From Mayamaea pseudoterrestris (lineage: Eukaryota), in NCBI GenBank assembly GCA_027923505.1, contig BROI01000002.1, positions 1,798,001 through 1,862,000 on the forward strand: a DNA stretch of 64,000 nt. The letters are read 5' to 3'. How positions within the stretch are numbered: the stretch's first letter is position 1; each line of letters starts with the position of its first letter. This document shows positions 40,115 through 51,160 of this stretch, one piece after another. A program made the position numbers and the translations under genes. The notes beneath the pieces are model-generated. The model saw only the letters and a list, made by a program, of their open reading frames with translations, did no database searches and had not been told where the DNA came from.

Positions 40115-41088
40115 CTGTCACCAATCACATTGCAGTCTACTAAGGGACCAGCCAGGCAAATTTTCTTGTAGCGCACCTGCAATAAGGATGTTAGCACCAT
40201 TCTGGCTTGATTTGGGCATACACATGGCTCTAGGTAGGGCATTTGAAAATAACAGCATCTGCTGGCTGAGACTGGTGACAAGTTGTCAACAGTCACAATG
40301 CCGTCTACTGAGGGACCAGCCAGGCAGTTTTTTTGTAGCGCAGGCTGAATAATGATGTTGGCACCATTCTGGTGTAATTTGGGTGTATACAGGGCATTTT
40401 ATAGGGGCAATTATACGTCACAGCATCTGCGGGCTGAGACTGGTGAGAAGTTCTCAAAAGTCACATTGCAGTCTACTGAGACACCAGCCAGGTATGCCAT
40501 CTTGTAGCGCAGACTGAATAATGATGTTGGCACCATTCTGGTGTGATTTGGGCTTATACAGGGCATGTTATAGGGGCAATTGAATGTCACAGCATCTGCA
40601 GGCTGAGACTGGTGACAACCTGTCACCAATCACATTGCAGTTTACTGAGACACCAGCCAGGCATGCCATCCTATAGCGCAGACTGAATAATGATGTTGGC
40701 ACCACTCTGGTGGGATTTGGGCGTATACAGGGCATCTTACAGGGGCAACTGAATGTCACAGCATCTGCGGGCTGAGACTGGTGACAACTTGTCAATAATC
40801 ACATTGCAGTCTACTGAGACACCAGCCAGGCATGCCACCTTGTAGCGCAGACTAAATAATGATGTTGGCACCATTCTGGTCTGATTTGTGTGTATACAGG
40901 GCATGTTACAGGGGCGTTTGAATGTCACGGCATCTGCGGGCTGAGACTGGTGAGAAGTTCTCACCAAGCACATTTCAATCTACTGAGACACCAGCCAGGC
41001 ATGCCATCTTGTAGCGCAGACTGAATAATGATGTTGGCACCATTCAGGTGTGATTCGGGCTTATGCAGGGCATGTTATAGGGGCAATT
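40115..41088. repeat. Satellite C: 168/169-bp monomers, ~5.8 copies
   Basis: CACATTGCAGTCTACTGAG-like marker at 40126, 40294, 40462, 40631, 40800, 40969. Confidence 0.95.
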
Positions 41089-41530
41089 CACAAAGGAACC
41101 AGCTCCATGGTGCTACAGTGCATGGCCTTCCAAATTTACCCCCAATTGTAGTCTTACTCCATCAATCCTGTTTGGCTATGCTTGGGGACATGCTTGCGGT
41201 GAGATTGGTGCATAAAAATCATCCATAGCTGATTTTTAGCAGCTATGGTATGGGAGGGCATATAAGACATCCACACAGAAACCAGTTCCATGGTGCTATA
41301 GTGCATGGCCTTCCAAACCTACCCCCAATTGTAGTCCTGCTCCATCAATCCTGTTGGGCTATGCTTGGCACTGTGTGGATGTCTGCCCTACCAAACAACT
41401 GATGCTGCACGTGAGCTGGGAATGAGTGATACGCACCAATCTTCCTGCATATGTGTCCCCGAGCATAGCCAGATCAGAATTATGGAACAAAACTATTGGT
41501 GGTAGTCATTGATGGCCACAACCATGGTGG
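41089..41530. repeat. Repeat D remnant: 183-bp period (~1.5 copies) plus a degenerate inverted copy at ~41428-41530
   Basis: CCATGGTGCTA.AGTGCATGGCCTTCCAAA at 41105 and 41288; GCACCAATCT...GTCCCCGAGCATAGCCA is the reverse complement of TGGCTATGCTTGGGGAC...AGATTGGTGC. Confidence 0.75.
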
Positions 41531-42233
41531 AGTAGATGGGTTGATAGAAAAAAACTCTGTTTAAGAATCCAAACTAATCAGACTATGGCTGTGATTGTCT
41601 TTTTACCCATTGCCACTTCATACAAGGTTTATTTGAGGTACTAAGACACATACAATGCTGGTGAACTCATGTTATCCCAACAAAACAAGAGTAGAAATGC
41701 TGTGTTCCATGCAACTGGACAAAATGCAGCAGAGCGGCAGATCCCAATTAGGCTACTTTAAGTATGGAGTCTGCCTGCTAACTGTAATTTGAAAAATACC
41801 TTTAAAGCCATCATCCTTTGGTACTTCAGAGCAGAGCGCACTCATTAACAACTAATCCAACCATATTCTGTTTATGTGTGATGGTCAAACTGTTGGTTCA
41901 ATCACAAGATTAAATATGATGACAAAGCTTCTGGCTAGCAGTAGCTAGCTGCTGTCGTATCACGACTCAACGGGACACGTCACGAGGCTCATCGAGATTG
42001 TTCGCAAGTTCCTTCGGATCTTGTTCGGCCTCGTCGGAGACGCCAACAAGCTGTCTCTTCAAGTGTCGACATCTACTAGTGCTGTAATAGCTTTGCACCT
42101 AGTAGTAGTGATATAGGAAGGGGCTGCTGGGAGGACTTGTTTCACAGAGACGCCAGCAGTTTGCCTGCGAAATATCGTTGCAAATTTGTTTTGGATTCAG
42201 ATTCCGGTCCGAGATTCTCCGACGGCAGCGACC

Positions 42234-43402
42234 ATGACGAGCAACGGCATTTTCCTCCTAATGTCAATGATGAGTCTCCAATTATCAAGTCAAGGCATGG
42301 TGAACGCGTTTCAAGTGTCTCATAGCTCTCCGCGAGACGCTACATTGAAGCTGCTTGGTACGTTTCACTACCGTATTGCATCCGAAACGATTCCGACGCC
42401 AGGCACATTGAACTAACTGCATTTTTTCTTACTCTTGTTATTCAAGCAGCTCAATCAGCACTTCATAAAGACGATGAATCAAGTCCAGCTTCCGGTAAGC
42501 GTCCGTCTACGTCGTTGCCTCCTCGATCCAAAAAGAAGAATGGGCCAAAGAACAAGAAGAAATGGGTCGATTCATCCAATGCAGTAAATCCATCGGAAGA
42601 AGGATTTTCCGAGTTTCATGTTTCGCAATACTTGCGCGGATCTTCCAATTTGTTTCGAAAGATGAAAATGGAGGGCGACTTGAACGGGGCGGCTGCCTCA
42701 AGCACCTCTTGTACACGAGGCGCGCCGCAGAGCCTCGACGGCCGCACCGTTTTGGTATTGAACGCCGACTACCAACCAATGTCATATTTGCCACTGAGTC
42801 TTTGGCATTGGCAGGAAGCCGTCAAGGCTGTATTCGCGGAAAAGGTGACTGTCGTGGACGTGTATCCGAACATTACCATTCGATCCGCCAACGTTGCCGT
42901 GCGACTTCCATCGGTGATTGCCTTGCGCGACTATGTTCCAACGCAAAAGTATTTGCACAAGCATTCGCCGGCGTTTACGAAACGAAACGTCTTTTTGCGA
43001 GACGAGTATCGCTGCCAATACTGCAACGTTCAATTCAATAGCAAGGACCTTTCGCTGGATCATGTGTTGCCTCGATGCCTTGGTGGACGCTTGAACTGGG
43101 AGAATAGCGTCGCCTGCTGCAAACTTTGCAACGGACGCAAAGGCTCATTGACGCTCAAGGAGATTTCGCGCGTCGGCATGAAGCTTTCCCGGCCGCCGTT
43201 TGTGCCGTCGCAGTTTGAACTCTCGCGGATTGCCGCCAGCATGCTGCTTCCACGCAAAGTACATGCGACCTGGCATCCGTATCTGGGGATTATTCATGAA
43301 TCTGCTGCTGTCAACGAAAATAGCCATTGGCGGAGTCCAGCAAATGGTCCACCAGGCAATATGGCGCAAGTGCTGCTGTCGGATGAGGGATACGCGGCTT
43401 GA
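42234..43402 (+). CDS. Bacterial-type HNH endonuclease with putative bipartite plastid-targeting peptide; exons 42234-42357 and 42450-43402 (~358 aa)
   Basis: VLVLNADYQP.SY.PLSLW, NVFLRD.YRCQYC, LDHVLPR..GG...WEN.VACC..CN.RKG; intron GTACGT...ACTAAC...GCAG in frame; signal peptide ending VNA|FQV. Confidence 0.88.
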
Positions 43403-43613
43403 GCCAGCGTGAATGTCATGGAGTGGAGCAATTTCTTTGCCGAGCGTGGAACTCTTGAGACGTGAAATGTATATAATCAATAATTAGACTTGACTCTCTA
43501 TAATAATAAAAAGGTCAAATTAATCATACTATGGTCTACAAGAAGCAGCAATTCCGTTTCAATCTCATCCGAATCGTCTCGTACTCGCGTCACTTCAGCC
43601 AAGTGACATCCAT

Positions 43614-44503
43614 TTACAAGGCCGCCAATTCTGCTTCCAACGCCTTCATATCATCCTCCTCCTTCTTTGCAAGTTTTGGCATCTTCGAGTCGGGTACCGT
43701 CGGTAGCGTCTCCAATCCAGTCATTGGTGGCGCAAGTAGCTCAGCCTCCAGGTCGGCCGTCTCCAACGCATTGAGTTCCGCCATGAGCTCGTCCTCATCC
43801 GTCATGTCCACCGCTCCCGAAATGGCAAGATTAATTTCGCCCGCCAGCTCCATCTCCTCTCGCACGCCTTCCATAATATCTTCTGCTTGGTCAACGTCAA
43901 TTTCGGTTCTAATCTTTTGCATGGCACTCGTTCCCTGCGCCATGGCTTTAAAGGTTTCGGCGTTCTGAGCCGCCGACTCCAAGCCAATCACCTGCGTCTC
44001 CAATGTCATTTTAATGTTTTGAATCTTGTCATACTCGGCTTCAAACATTTTCTTGCGCTTCATGCATGCAAGAGCGCCTGTAGTAATAGTAGTGATATGG
44101 AGTCAGTCGCGTCCGTCAAACGCGCAGTGAAGATGAAGCGGTTAACAAAGCATCCAAATCATGCTGCAAATTCCAATGATTTTCTTTCCGTACCTTTCTT
44201 GTCTCCCTTGGCCATTTTCGCCTTGGCTTCCACGACGACCGTATCAATCTTGCGCTGAATATGCTCCTCCCTGATGGGCGATTGACGAGACATGAAAGTG
44301 CAAGCAAGCTCGTGAGTTGCAGCAAATTACATCACCGCCAACCATTCTCAATACAATCACTATTGTACTCACCGCTTTTCTTGATTGGAAATAGTTTCGC
44401 GCAGCTTGACAATGGTAACTTGAGGGTCCGACGTTCGAACGACCGAGGTAGCAGAGACGGTCGACGGTTCCGGAGCCTTTTTCTTTCCAAACACGTTCCA
44501 CAT
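43614..44503 (-). CDS. VPS32: ESCRT-III subunit Snf7/Vps32 (CHMP4); exons 44503-44373, 44270-44194, 44077-43614 (223 aa)
   Basis: Spliced MWNVFGKKK...IVKLRETISNQEKREEHIQRKI...GDKKGALACMKRKKMFE...TLETQVIGLE...DEDELMAEL; two GT-AG introns keep the frame. Confidence 0.92.
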
Positions 44504-44695
44504 GCTGGCTATGTAACGAGGCGATTTTGCGTATGCGTACGCAAGCTAATATAATTGTAAACGCTATGTATATATTCTATCAAGAAGGAAGGAACCGCTT
44601 CGTCTCCTTCACAACGAGTCCATTGTCGCATCACGCGGAACAAGACAACGGTCGCACCGGCGATTTTCGCGTGGAGGGAAGACGACGTCAAGCCC

Positions 44696-44955
44696 ACGTC
44701 ATAAGGCAATAGTGTAAAACGAGTGCCAGTGAAAAGTGCGTCAGAAGGCAATAGTACGAAACGAGTGCCAGTGAAAACTGAGTCATAAGGCAATATTATG
44801 AAACGAGTGCCAGTGTCAATTACGTCACTAGGCAATATTACGAAACGGATGCCAGTGTCAATTACGTCACAATACAATATTACAAAACGGGTGCCAGTGA
44901 AAACTACGTCATGCAGGCATTAGTACGAAACGAGTGCCAGTGAAAACTACGTCAC
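44696..44955 (-). repeat. 42/43-bp minisatellite, ~6 copies, in a divergent intergenic region
   Basis: Reverse complement of TGACGTAATTGACACTGGCACTCGTTTCGTACTATTGCC repeated head-to-tail. Confidence 0.93.
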
Positions 44956-45021
44956 CAGAAACTGTAACGACCATGGCCAACATCATCAGCCGATCAATCC
45001 ATCATCACCATCATTTGCACC

Positions 45022-45576
45022 ATGAGATTGACAAGGATACGACTGGCGCTGCTTTCCTCAATGGCGACTGCATGTTGCTGCTTGACAGTGAATGATGCGA
45101 TGGAATCTGAGCTTTCTCGTACGTCGAATGATCCGCGAGTGCCAATCGAGAAACACGACCACAACTTGATCATTGCTCCGTCTCCATCTACCGGTAGACG
45201 ATTGGAGGAGCTAACACCTACCATGTAAGCTCATACAAAGAAGAATGTTTTATAGTCAATAACGCATAGTATATAAGTTGTTGGTGTAAGGATTTCCATG
45301 AATTTTTTGTGTATGTCTCTCATGACATTCACTCGCTGCCTTCGACACTGACAATACAGACAGCCTACCACTACTTGGCGTCCAACGACGACTTGGTATC
45401 CGACGACGACTCCCTATCCAACTGTGAGACCCACGTTAAAGCAGCAGCAGCAGGAGCTTGACTACAAGCCCTACGAAAATACAGGCTACCATGAGCCTCG
45501 ATTGGTGCAGCCGACGACCATGGACGCTTCACCTTTTGCTTCCAAGCAGACGTCTACTACTACGACGACGGAACAA

Positions 45577-45622
<46 letters not shown>

Positions 45623-45969
45623 ACAACAGTCATACACCAAGCAGACATGGCGATGGCAATACTCCGGCGCGCGCCGTGGACGACGACGACACTGCTTCCG
45701 TCACTACGGCCTCCACTCGCACCGTGCAGCAACCTGCTTCGTCCGGCGGCGGAGGCTTTGGTCTTGGCGTTGGACTGCTGCTCGCCGTCTTTGTCGCGGC
45801 AGGACTCTTGTCGCATCATAACACGCGGCAACGAAACCAGCAGTTGCCAACCAGTGGTTTGGAACTGTTTGACGTGCCACAACGTTCCTCGCGAATGGGA
45901 TTTGGCGGCGGCTATTCGGATGTTCCAGAGGCGGACATACGAGGGCCAAATCGAGATTACAATATTTGA
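45022..45969 (+). CDS. Secreted/type I membrane Thr/Pro/Ser-rich protein; exons 45022-45224 and 45360-45969 (~270 aa)
   Basis: Signal peptide, RRL motif, PTTT repeats, poly-Ser, TM FGLGVGLLLAVFVAAGLL; intron GTAAGC...TACAG in frame. Confidence 0.7.
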
Positions 45970-46536
45970 TACGTGAGGCATGATGAGAGCTAATACAGTA
46001 TCATACTGCCGGACATGCATGTTGCCGGGCGAGCGCCCTCATTGTCGCATAAAATCAATTTTGTTCCGTGTTTCGAGTGACAAGGGCCGTCGAGGCAGAT
46101 TGTGCTAGATCGGAGAGTACATGTAGCGTCGGCGGTCATCGTTAAAATTGTTGCAGTCGATAGTTCTTTGAATTCTGTGTACCTATCGTGCATCGTTTCT
46201 GGTAGCTAAAGCTCCCATGGCGGAAGATGATGGCTCCAGACCCAGCCACTAGTATCCCATTCATTTTTATATGATGCAGATGCTTGCCATGTACGACGCG
46301 AACATTGCAATTTGCATTCCGCCACATACTCGTACAAGGTTTCAAAATGGCAATACTGCGACACGCGACACTGAATCTACAAAGATTCTAAACGAACAAC
46401 AAGACTACTAAAAAATGACTTGATTGCTATTGCTAGCGTGATGGCTTTAACGTAATCACTTGATTGACATGCATAACAGAAAGCGCTTTTACCGAGTGAC
46501 TTTCATATTTCTTTAGTCGTACTTGTCACGTTCCAT

Positions 46537-46824
46537 TTAGAATCCAACATCAGAGTCATCACCGTCCTCCGCATCATCTTCCGCTCCCTGCATGGCGAGA
46601 TCATCAATGTTATCCACCTTGGCGCGAGGAGCGTTCGGATCAAAGCAATCGGCCAGTATCGCCTTGGCGGCATCCTCCGCTAGATTCTCCGTGACCATTT
46701 GACGAAGGCGGTCATTCTCCTCGCGCAACGCGTAGTAGTCGTTTCGGAGTGACTCGATGAGAAACTTGGTGCGGACGCCCGACTTTTTGATCTTGTCCTT
46801 CTTGGATTTCTTGTCTTCTGACAT
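46537..46824 (-). CDS. Small coiled-coil hypothetical protein (95 aa)
   Basis: Basic N-terminus, heptad-like LIESLRNDYYALREENDRLRQMV, acidic tail. Confidence 0.7.
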   Translation of the reverse strand: MSEDKKSKKDKIKKSGVRTKFLIESLRNDYYALREENDRLRQMVTENLAEDAAKAILADCFDPNAPRAKVDNIDDLAMQGAEDDAEDGDDSDVGF

Positions 46825-47517
46825 TGTAGTGTAGATGGAAGTAGAATGTAAGTGAGGAGACGAGTTGGTTGGTTGGTCGACTTGATTGGGTCACTTTCGA
46901 TGGAACGAAACTGATCGACGAGCGATGTGTGGTGTCAAGTGAGGCGAGGTTGAGGCGCGGATCCAGATCTTTTCCGGGTGATGGACTTTCTCCGACTAAA
47001 AAGAATATGTCATAGTCATGCAGAAAGTGCTTTGAATAGCCCGAACAAGGCCATTCGGGTAAGCATGTCATGTTTAAGAGTCATCATGACCTTTGATGAG
47101 TGTTTTCCAGTATTCAACCTACACTGGATAATGTCTGTAGCTATTGATAGTACTAATTGAGAAACATAGAATGCATAAAACAGTTTCAATGCATAATGGG
47201 GGCAGCTCCAGAAGCCTCCCCAATTATAGCCTGGTTAAAGGCAATAGCAAAAATAGTTCTGAATCAGTTCTCCACGTTCTTTTTCAGGATATAATCGGAA
47301 CGCAAAATGCCACTCGCACGACTGATCAGCCTCCCCGCTTCCGCACGCTTCCTCGTCGCGTCCTTTCGCGCACACTTTCGTCCCACACCTTCTTCGCTCA
47401 TAGCAATCGCCTTGGGTCTGTTACACTTTATCACAGTTGCAAAGCAAGCAGTATAATCGAATTGCAACGTTCTATAGCATCTGAAACGTTGCTCTCGTAG
47501 ACAGTAGACGTCGAGAG

Positions 47518-49524
47518 ATGCACAACGACAAGCTCGCGCAGTCTTCCACGCTCATTTCGCAAGCAACTCCTTCTACCGCCACAAAACTCCCGAGCCGCCG
47601 GAGCCTTCGAAGATTTCGATCCAGTCAAAGCAAGATAAACATGAATCAGCAACAGCAGCAGCATGGACGGCGACTGAATGCCAACGACTCTTTACGCGAA
47701 ACTCTGACGGAACTAAAATGTATGGAGGAGAATGATTCGCTTCGAATCAAGGCGCTCGACTGGTTGGAACGCATCCTTGCGAAATGGTCATTTGCATGCA
47801 GCAATGAGCGTCATCATGGAAACTCTACGAGCAGCAGTAAGCGAAACGATGAGGACGACGAAGACTCTGCGTCGCCATGCAAAAAGAAGGCGCGCGCTCC
47901 TGCAGTCATGGTCAACAATTGGCAGCGACCTCGACCGATTCTAATTACCTTTGGGTCATACCGCTTGGGCGTCCATCGGCCTTGCTCGGACCTTGACTTG
48001 CTGGTTCTAGCTCCCGCTCATTGCAGTCGCGACGACTTTTTCGGCTCGCTCGTGCAACTACTCCAGCAGCAGTCTGACTCCATCATTCGGCAGGTGCACC
48101 CCATTCCAACGGCGTACACTCCCGTCATTAAATTCACTCTCTACGGCATCTCGGTAGACTTGCTCTTTGCCAAGGGAAACTCGGCTGCAATGCAGCAGTA
48201 TCAATTGAAGCGACCGAATCCGCTACTGCTCGTCAACTCCAAGGAGAAGTGTTTCAACGACCATCGGTCGGACGAATACTTGATTCACGACGCCGACTTG
48301 GCGGACCAGGATGAAGCTGGCGTGCGCTCATTGAACGGCGCTCGCGTCAGTCAAATGATATTGGAAAAGGTGTCACCTCATTTACCAACCTTTCGCATCG
48401 TCTTGGCCGCTGTCAAGGAGTGGGCCATGGCCAAGGGCATTTACAGCAACGTGATGGGCTTTCTTGGCGGCATCAATTACGCCATTATGGTTGCCTACGT
48501 TTGCATTCACAATCCAGCGATTGCAAACGATCCAGTGGCACTACTCGAGTGCTTCTTCATTACCTTTGCCTCGTGGAAGTGGCCGGAACCAGTCATGATT
48601 GGTGAGCTGCAGTTGGTGCGACCGTCCAGCTGCAGTCTGCAACTCGCTGGTTGGAATCCACTCGTCAGTCGACGCGATGGCCTCCAAATTATGCCAATCA
48701 TTACGCCGGCCTATCCCTCCATGAACTCAGCCTACAATGTGGACGTTCCGCAGCTGCGGCAAATGAGGAACGAGTTTGTACTGGCGGCCAATTGGGTGGT
48801 CACAACCCACAAGTCCAAGCGCAATTGCTTTTTGCGTTTGCTGCGACCGTCTGATTTCTTTGCGAGTCATTCGCACTACTTGCAGGTGAAGATTACTAGC
48901 AAGACGCAGCAGGAGCATGTCGAGTGGTTGCGCTTGGTCGAGTCGCGATTGCGCCTATTGATTGGCAGCCTTGAAACGCCAGAGCTGCATGTTTGGCCGT
49001 TTGGCAAGCTCTTCCACAAGCCGCGAAGCATTGTGACGCAAGTCACTACCACTACTTCTGTGGGTGCCACGTCCAGCGTCATGGCGTTGGAGCAGCAGCA
49101 GCAAGGCTTGTTAGCGGACGCCAAGACTGATTGCGAGGACGAGGACGAGGACGACTTCGAATCCACCTTTTACATGGCCCTCCGTTTCGCTCGGGGCACG
49201 GAGCAGACCGACATTCGCCTACTTACGTCCGACTTTTGCCATCAAGTCTACGCATGGGAGAAGCGAACGTCGACCATGGACATGTCTCTTAATCATTTGA
49301 CAGCTGCGCAGCTGCCTGCCTACGTTGTGCCGCCATTGAAGCTTTTGGACGACGCGAGTACAGCGACGGCATCAAGCTCATGGGCATCATCGTCGGACGG
49401 CTATGAAGACGGAGACGATGATGATGGATTGGTGGAAACGGAAGCACTTGTCGACGAGTCACTTTTGGGATTGGAGAAGGAGAAGCGCGAAGGCTTGGTT
49501 GCGCATGAACAACGCCCTAACTAG
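47518..49524 (+). CDS. PAP1: Canonical nuclear poly(A) polymerase
   Basis: FGSYRLGVH...SDLDLL, AYTPVIKF, RSLNG.RV, GIYSNVMGFLGGI, MPIITPAYPSMNS.YNV, W...VESRLR. Confidence 0.95.
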   Translation: MHNDKLAQSSTLISQATPSTATKLPSRRSLRRFRSSQSKINMNQQQQQHGRRLNANDSLRETLTELKCMEENDSLRIKALDWLERILAKWSFACSNERHHGNSTSSSKRNDEDDEDSASPCKKKARAPAVMVNNWQRPRPILITFGSYRLGVHRPCSDLDLLVLAPAHCSRDDFFGSLVQLLQQQSDSIIRQVHPIPTAYTPVIKFTLYGISVDLLFAKGNSAAMQQYQLKRPNPLLLVNSKEKCFNDHRSDEYLIHDADLADQDEAGVRSLNGARVSQMILEKVSPHLPTFRIVLAAVKEWAMAKGIYSNVMGFLGGINYAIMVAYVCIHNPAIANDPVALLECFFITFASWKWPEPVMIGELQLVRPSSCSLQLAGWNPLVSRRDGLQIMPIITPAYPSMNSAYNVDVPQLRQMRNEFVLAANWVVTTHKSKRNCFLRLLRPSDFFASHSHYLQVKITSKTQQEHVEWLRLVESRLRLLIGSLETPELHVWPFGKLFHKPRSIVTQVTTTTSVGATSSVMALEQQQQGLLADAKTDCEDEDEDDFESTFYMALRFARGTEQTDIRLLTSDFCHQVYAWEKRTSTMDMSLNHLTAAQLPAYVVPPLKLLDDASTATASSSWASSSDGYEDGDDDDGLVETEALVDESLLGLEKEKREGLVAHEQRPN

Positions 49525-50011
49525 GCGGAACCTTTGGCCAGTTTGCTCGCCGTCGAACAAGCGCCCTATTATGGCTGCAGCTATGCACTATGCATAGTTG
49601 CGCCTTGCATTTTACTTTATAATACATTGCGTCTGCCCAGGCGGCGAGCAAATGTTTGCTTTCCTTCTGCCTGTTGGTCGCATTCCTCATTGGAAAACGA
49701 CGCATTTACATTTTATAAAAAATTTACGTTATACATTTATAAATGTGTGTATCGTCTGTGCTAGTTCTTTCTTACAACCGTCAGAAGTATCGTTAATTCC
49801 GAGTCAGATCCAATTTGTCATGCTGCCTCCGGGGCTTTCTTCACCAAATACCTTGTCGGACACGCGCAGACAGCACGCATATGATGTTACGATACAAAAG
49901 TAGGCCCCGCAGAGCTGCAACTATTGAGCATGCCTAACTGTAAAACCGGCATACGTGCAGTATTTAAACACCTTGATGACGTGCCACACTTTCATTCATG
50001 CATCTGTTCAT

Positions 50012-50923
50012 TTACTCGCTGAACACTAAGTCCGTCCGAAACACATATTTGATTCCCTTTTCAACAAGATCGCCTGCATGCGGCAAGCAGTCATCGCCAT
50101 GCAAGTGAAGCAGCATGCTTCCAATCTTCGGAACATAGACTATATCCTTGCCGCTGCCATGCGGACGTTCGAACCGCGTCGCTCCGCCCTTGCATTCCGA
50201 AAGATAAATCAGTACCGTGACACGCGTATAGGTCGGATTACCGTTGCTTCCTTGAAGCGGCGGCACAGTGTCAGTGACATCCACGTGCATGCCAAACTTG
50301 TGTCCCGGAATGTACTTGTAGAGTCGAATGTTTGGATTGCAGCCAAGGGCAGCTGTTTCGAGGGGCAGTATCTGCAGCAGCGACGCTGGAAAGCGCTCAA
50401 AGATCTTTTGTGCAACGTCGGGGTCGTCCTTGCGTAGCTCGAAACACTCGCGGTGCGCCATGTAGCGAGTCGCTCGTTGCTTGTTGTGTTGCATCAAATG
50501 CGACTCCTTCTCCATGTGTTCGATCCAATTCCGACATTCCGTTGGTGAAAGAACGTCATTGACTGTCCAAATGTAGTCCTGAAGGATGGTCTTGTACTTT
50601 TCCGGAGCCTTGTGAGTGTTGGAGAAGAGCGTCAATGGAAAGGCCGACGTTTGAGGACGCGGCATGGTATTCTTCCTCTTGGCGGAAAGAGCGGTTGTTG
50701 TCAAGGAGACTGACGCTTGGCTCGGCTTTGATGCTAATGTAATCTTTACCATATTCTTTCCGTTGCAAAACAAGATGGACGACAGGGCTGCTAGTTTGTA
50801 CATACGAATAAGGAAGTGGAAGGAACGTTTTGTGTGAGGAAAACGATGAGCGAAACCACGCATTGCCGCATGCCGATAAGAAGAGGAAAGAAGTTGCGTG
50901 ACAGACGTCGTAGCGCTACTCAA
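50012..50923 (-). CDS. 2OG-Fe(II) oxygenase, prolyl 4-hydroxylase-like (start codon uncertain, may lie downstream)
   Basis: VLSPTEC..WI, NPNIRLYKY.PG.KFGMHVD, TVLIYLSEC.GGAT.F, HAG..VEKG.KYVFRTD. Confidence 0.88.
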   Translation of the reverse strand: MSSATTSVTQLLSSSYRHAAMRGFAHRFPHTKRSFHFLIRMYKLAALSSILFCNGKNMVKITLASKPSQASVSLTTTALSAKRKNTMPRPQTSAFPLTLFSNTHKAPEKYKTILQDYIWTVNDVLSPTECRNWIEHMEKESHLMQHNKQRATRYMAHRECFELRKDDPDVAQKIFERFPASLLQILPLETAALGCNPNIRLYKYIPGHKFGMHVDVTDTVPPLQGSNGNPTYTRVTVLIYLSECKGGATRFERPHGSGKDIVYVPKIGSMLLHLHGDDCLPHAGDLVEKGIKYVFRTDLVFSE

Positions 50924-51160
50924 AGACGTCCAAGCTACCCGTAGTAGCTCAAAGCTACGATGTGTTCCGCTCCAATGTTGGTTTCTTTCGACGCAATAAT
51001 AGGCAGTGTATAGTATAATATTGTGCTATTGTTAGTTAATGACATGAATCAGCTTGTTTGCCGCTCTCCCCGATCCAATTCCAAGGTTAATTTAGCCAAG
51101 CTTCGTTCTCTAAACATCGCCACATCCTTAATTATCAAGCTCCACTTCCCTCTTGACTCC

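Noticed and set aside
10450..42030. AACAAG...CTTGTT as termini enclosing the whole satellite block
   Set aside because: Only a 6-bp match with no TSD; expected by chance.
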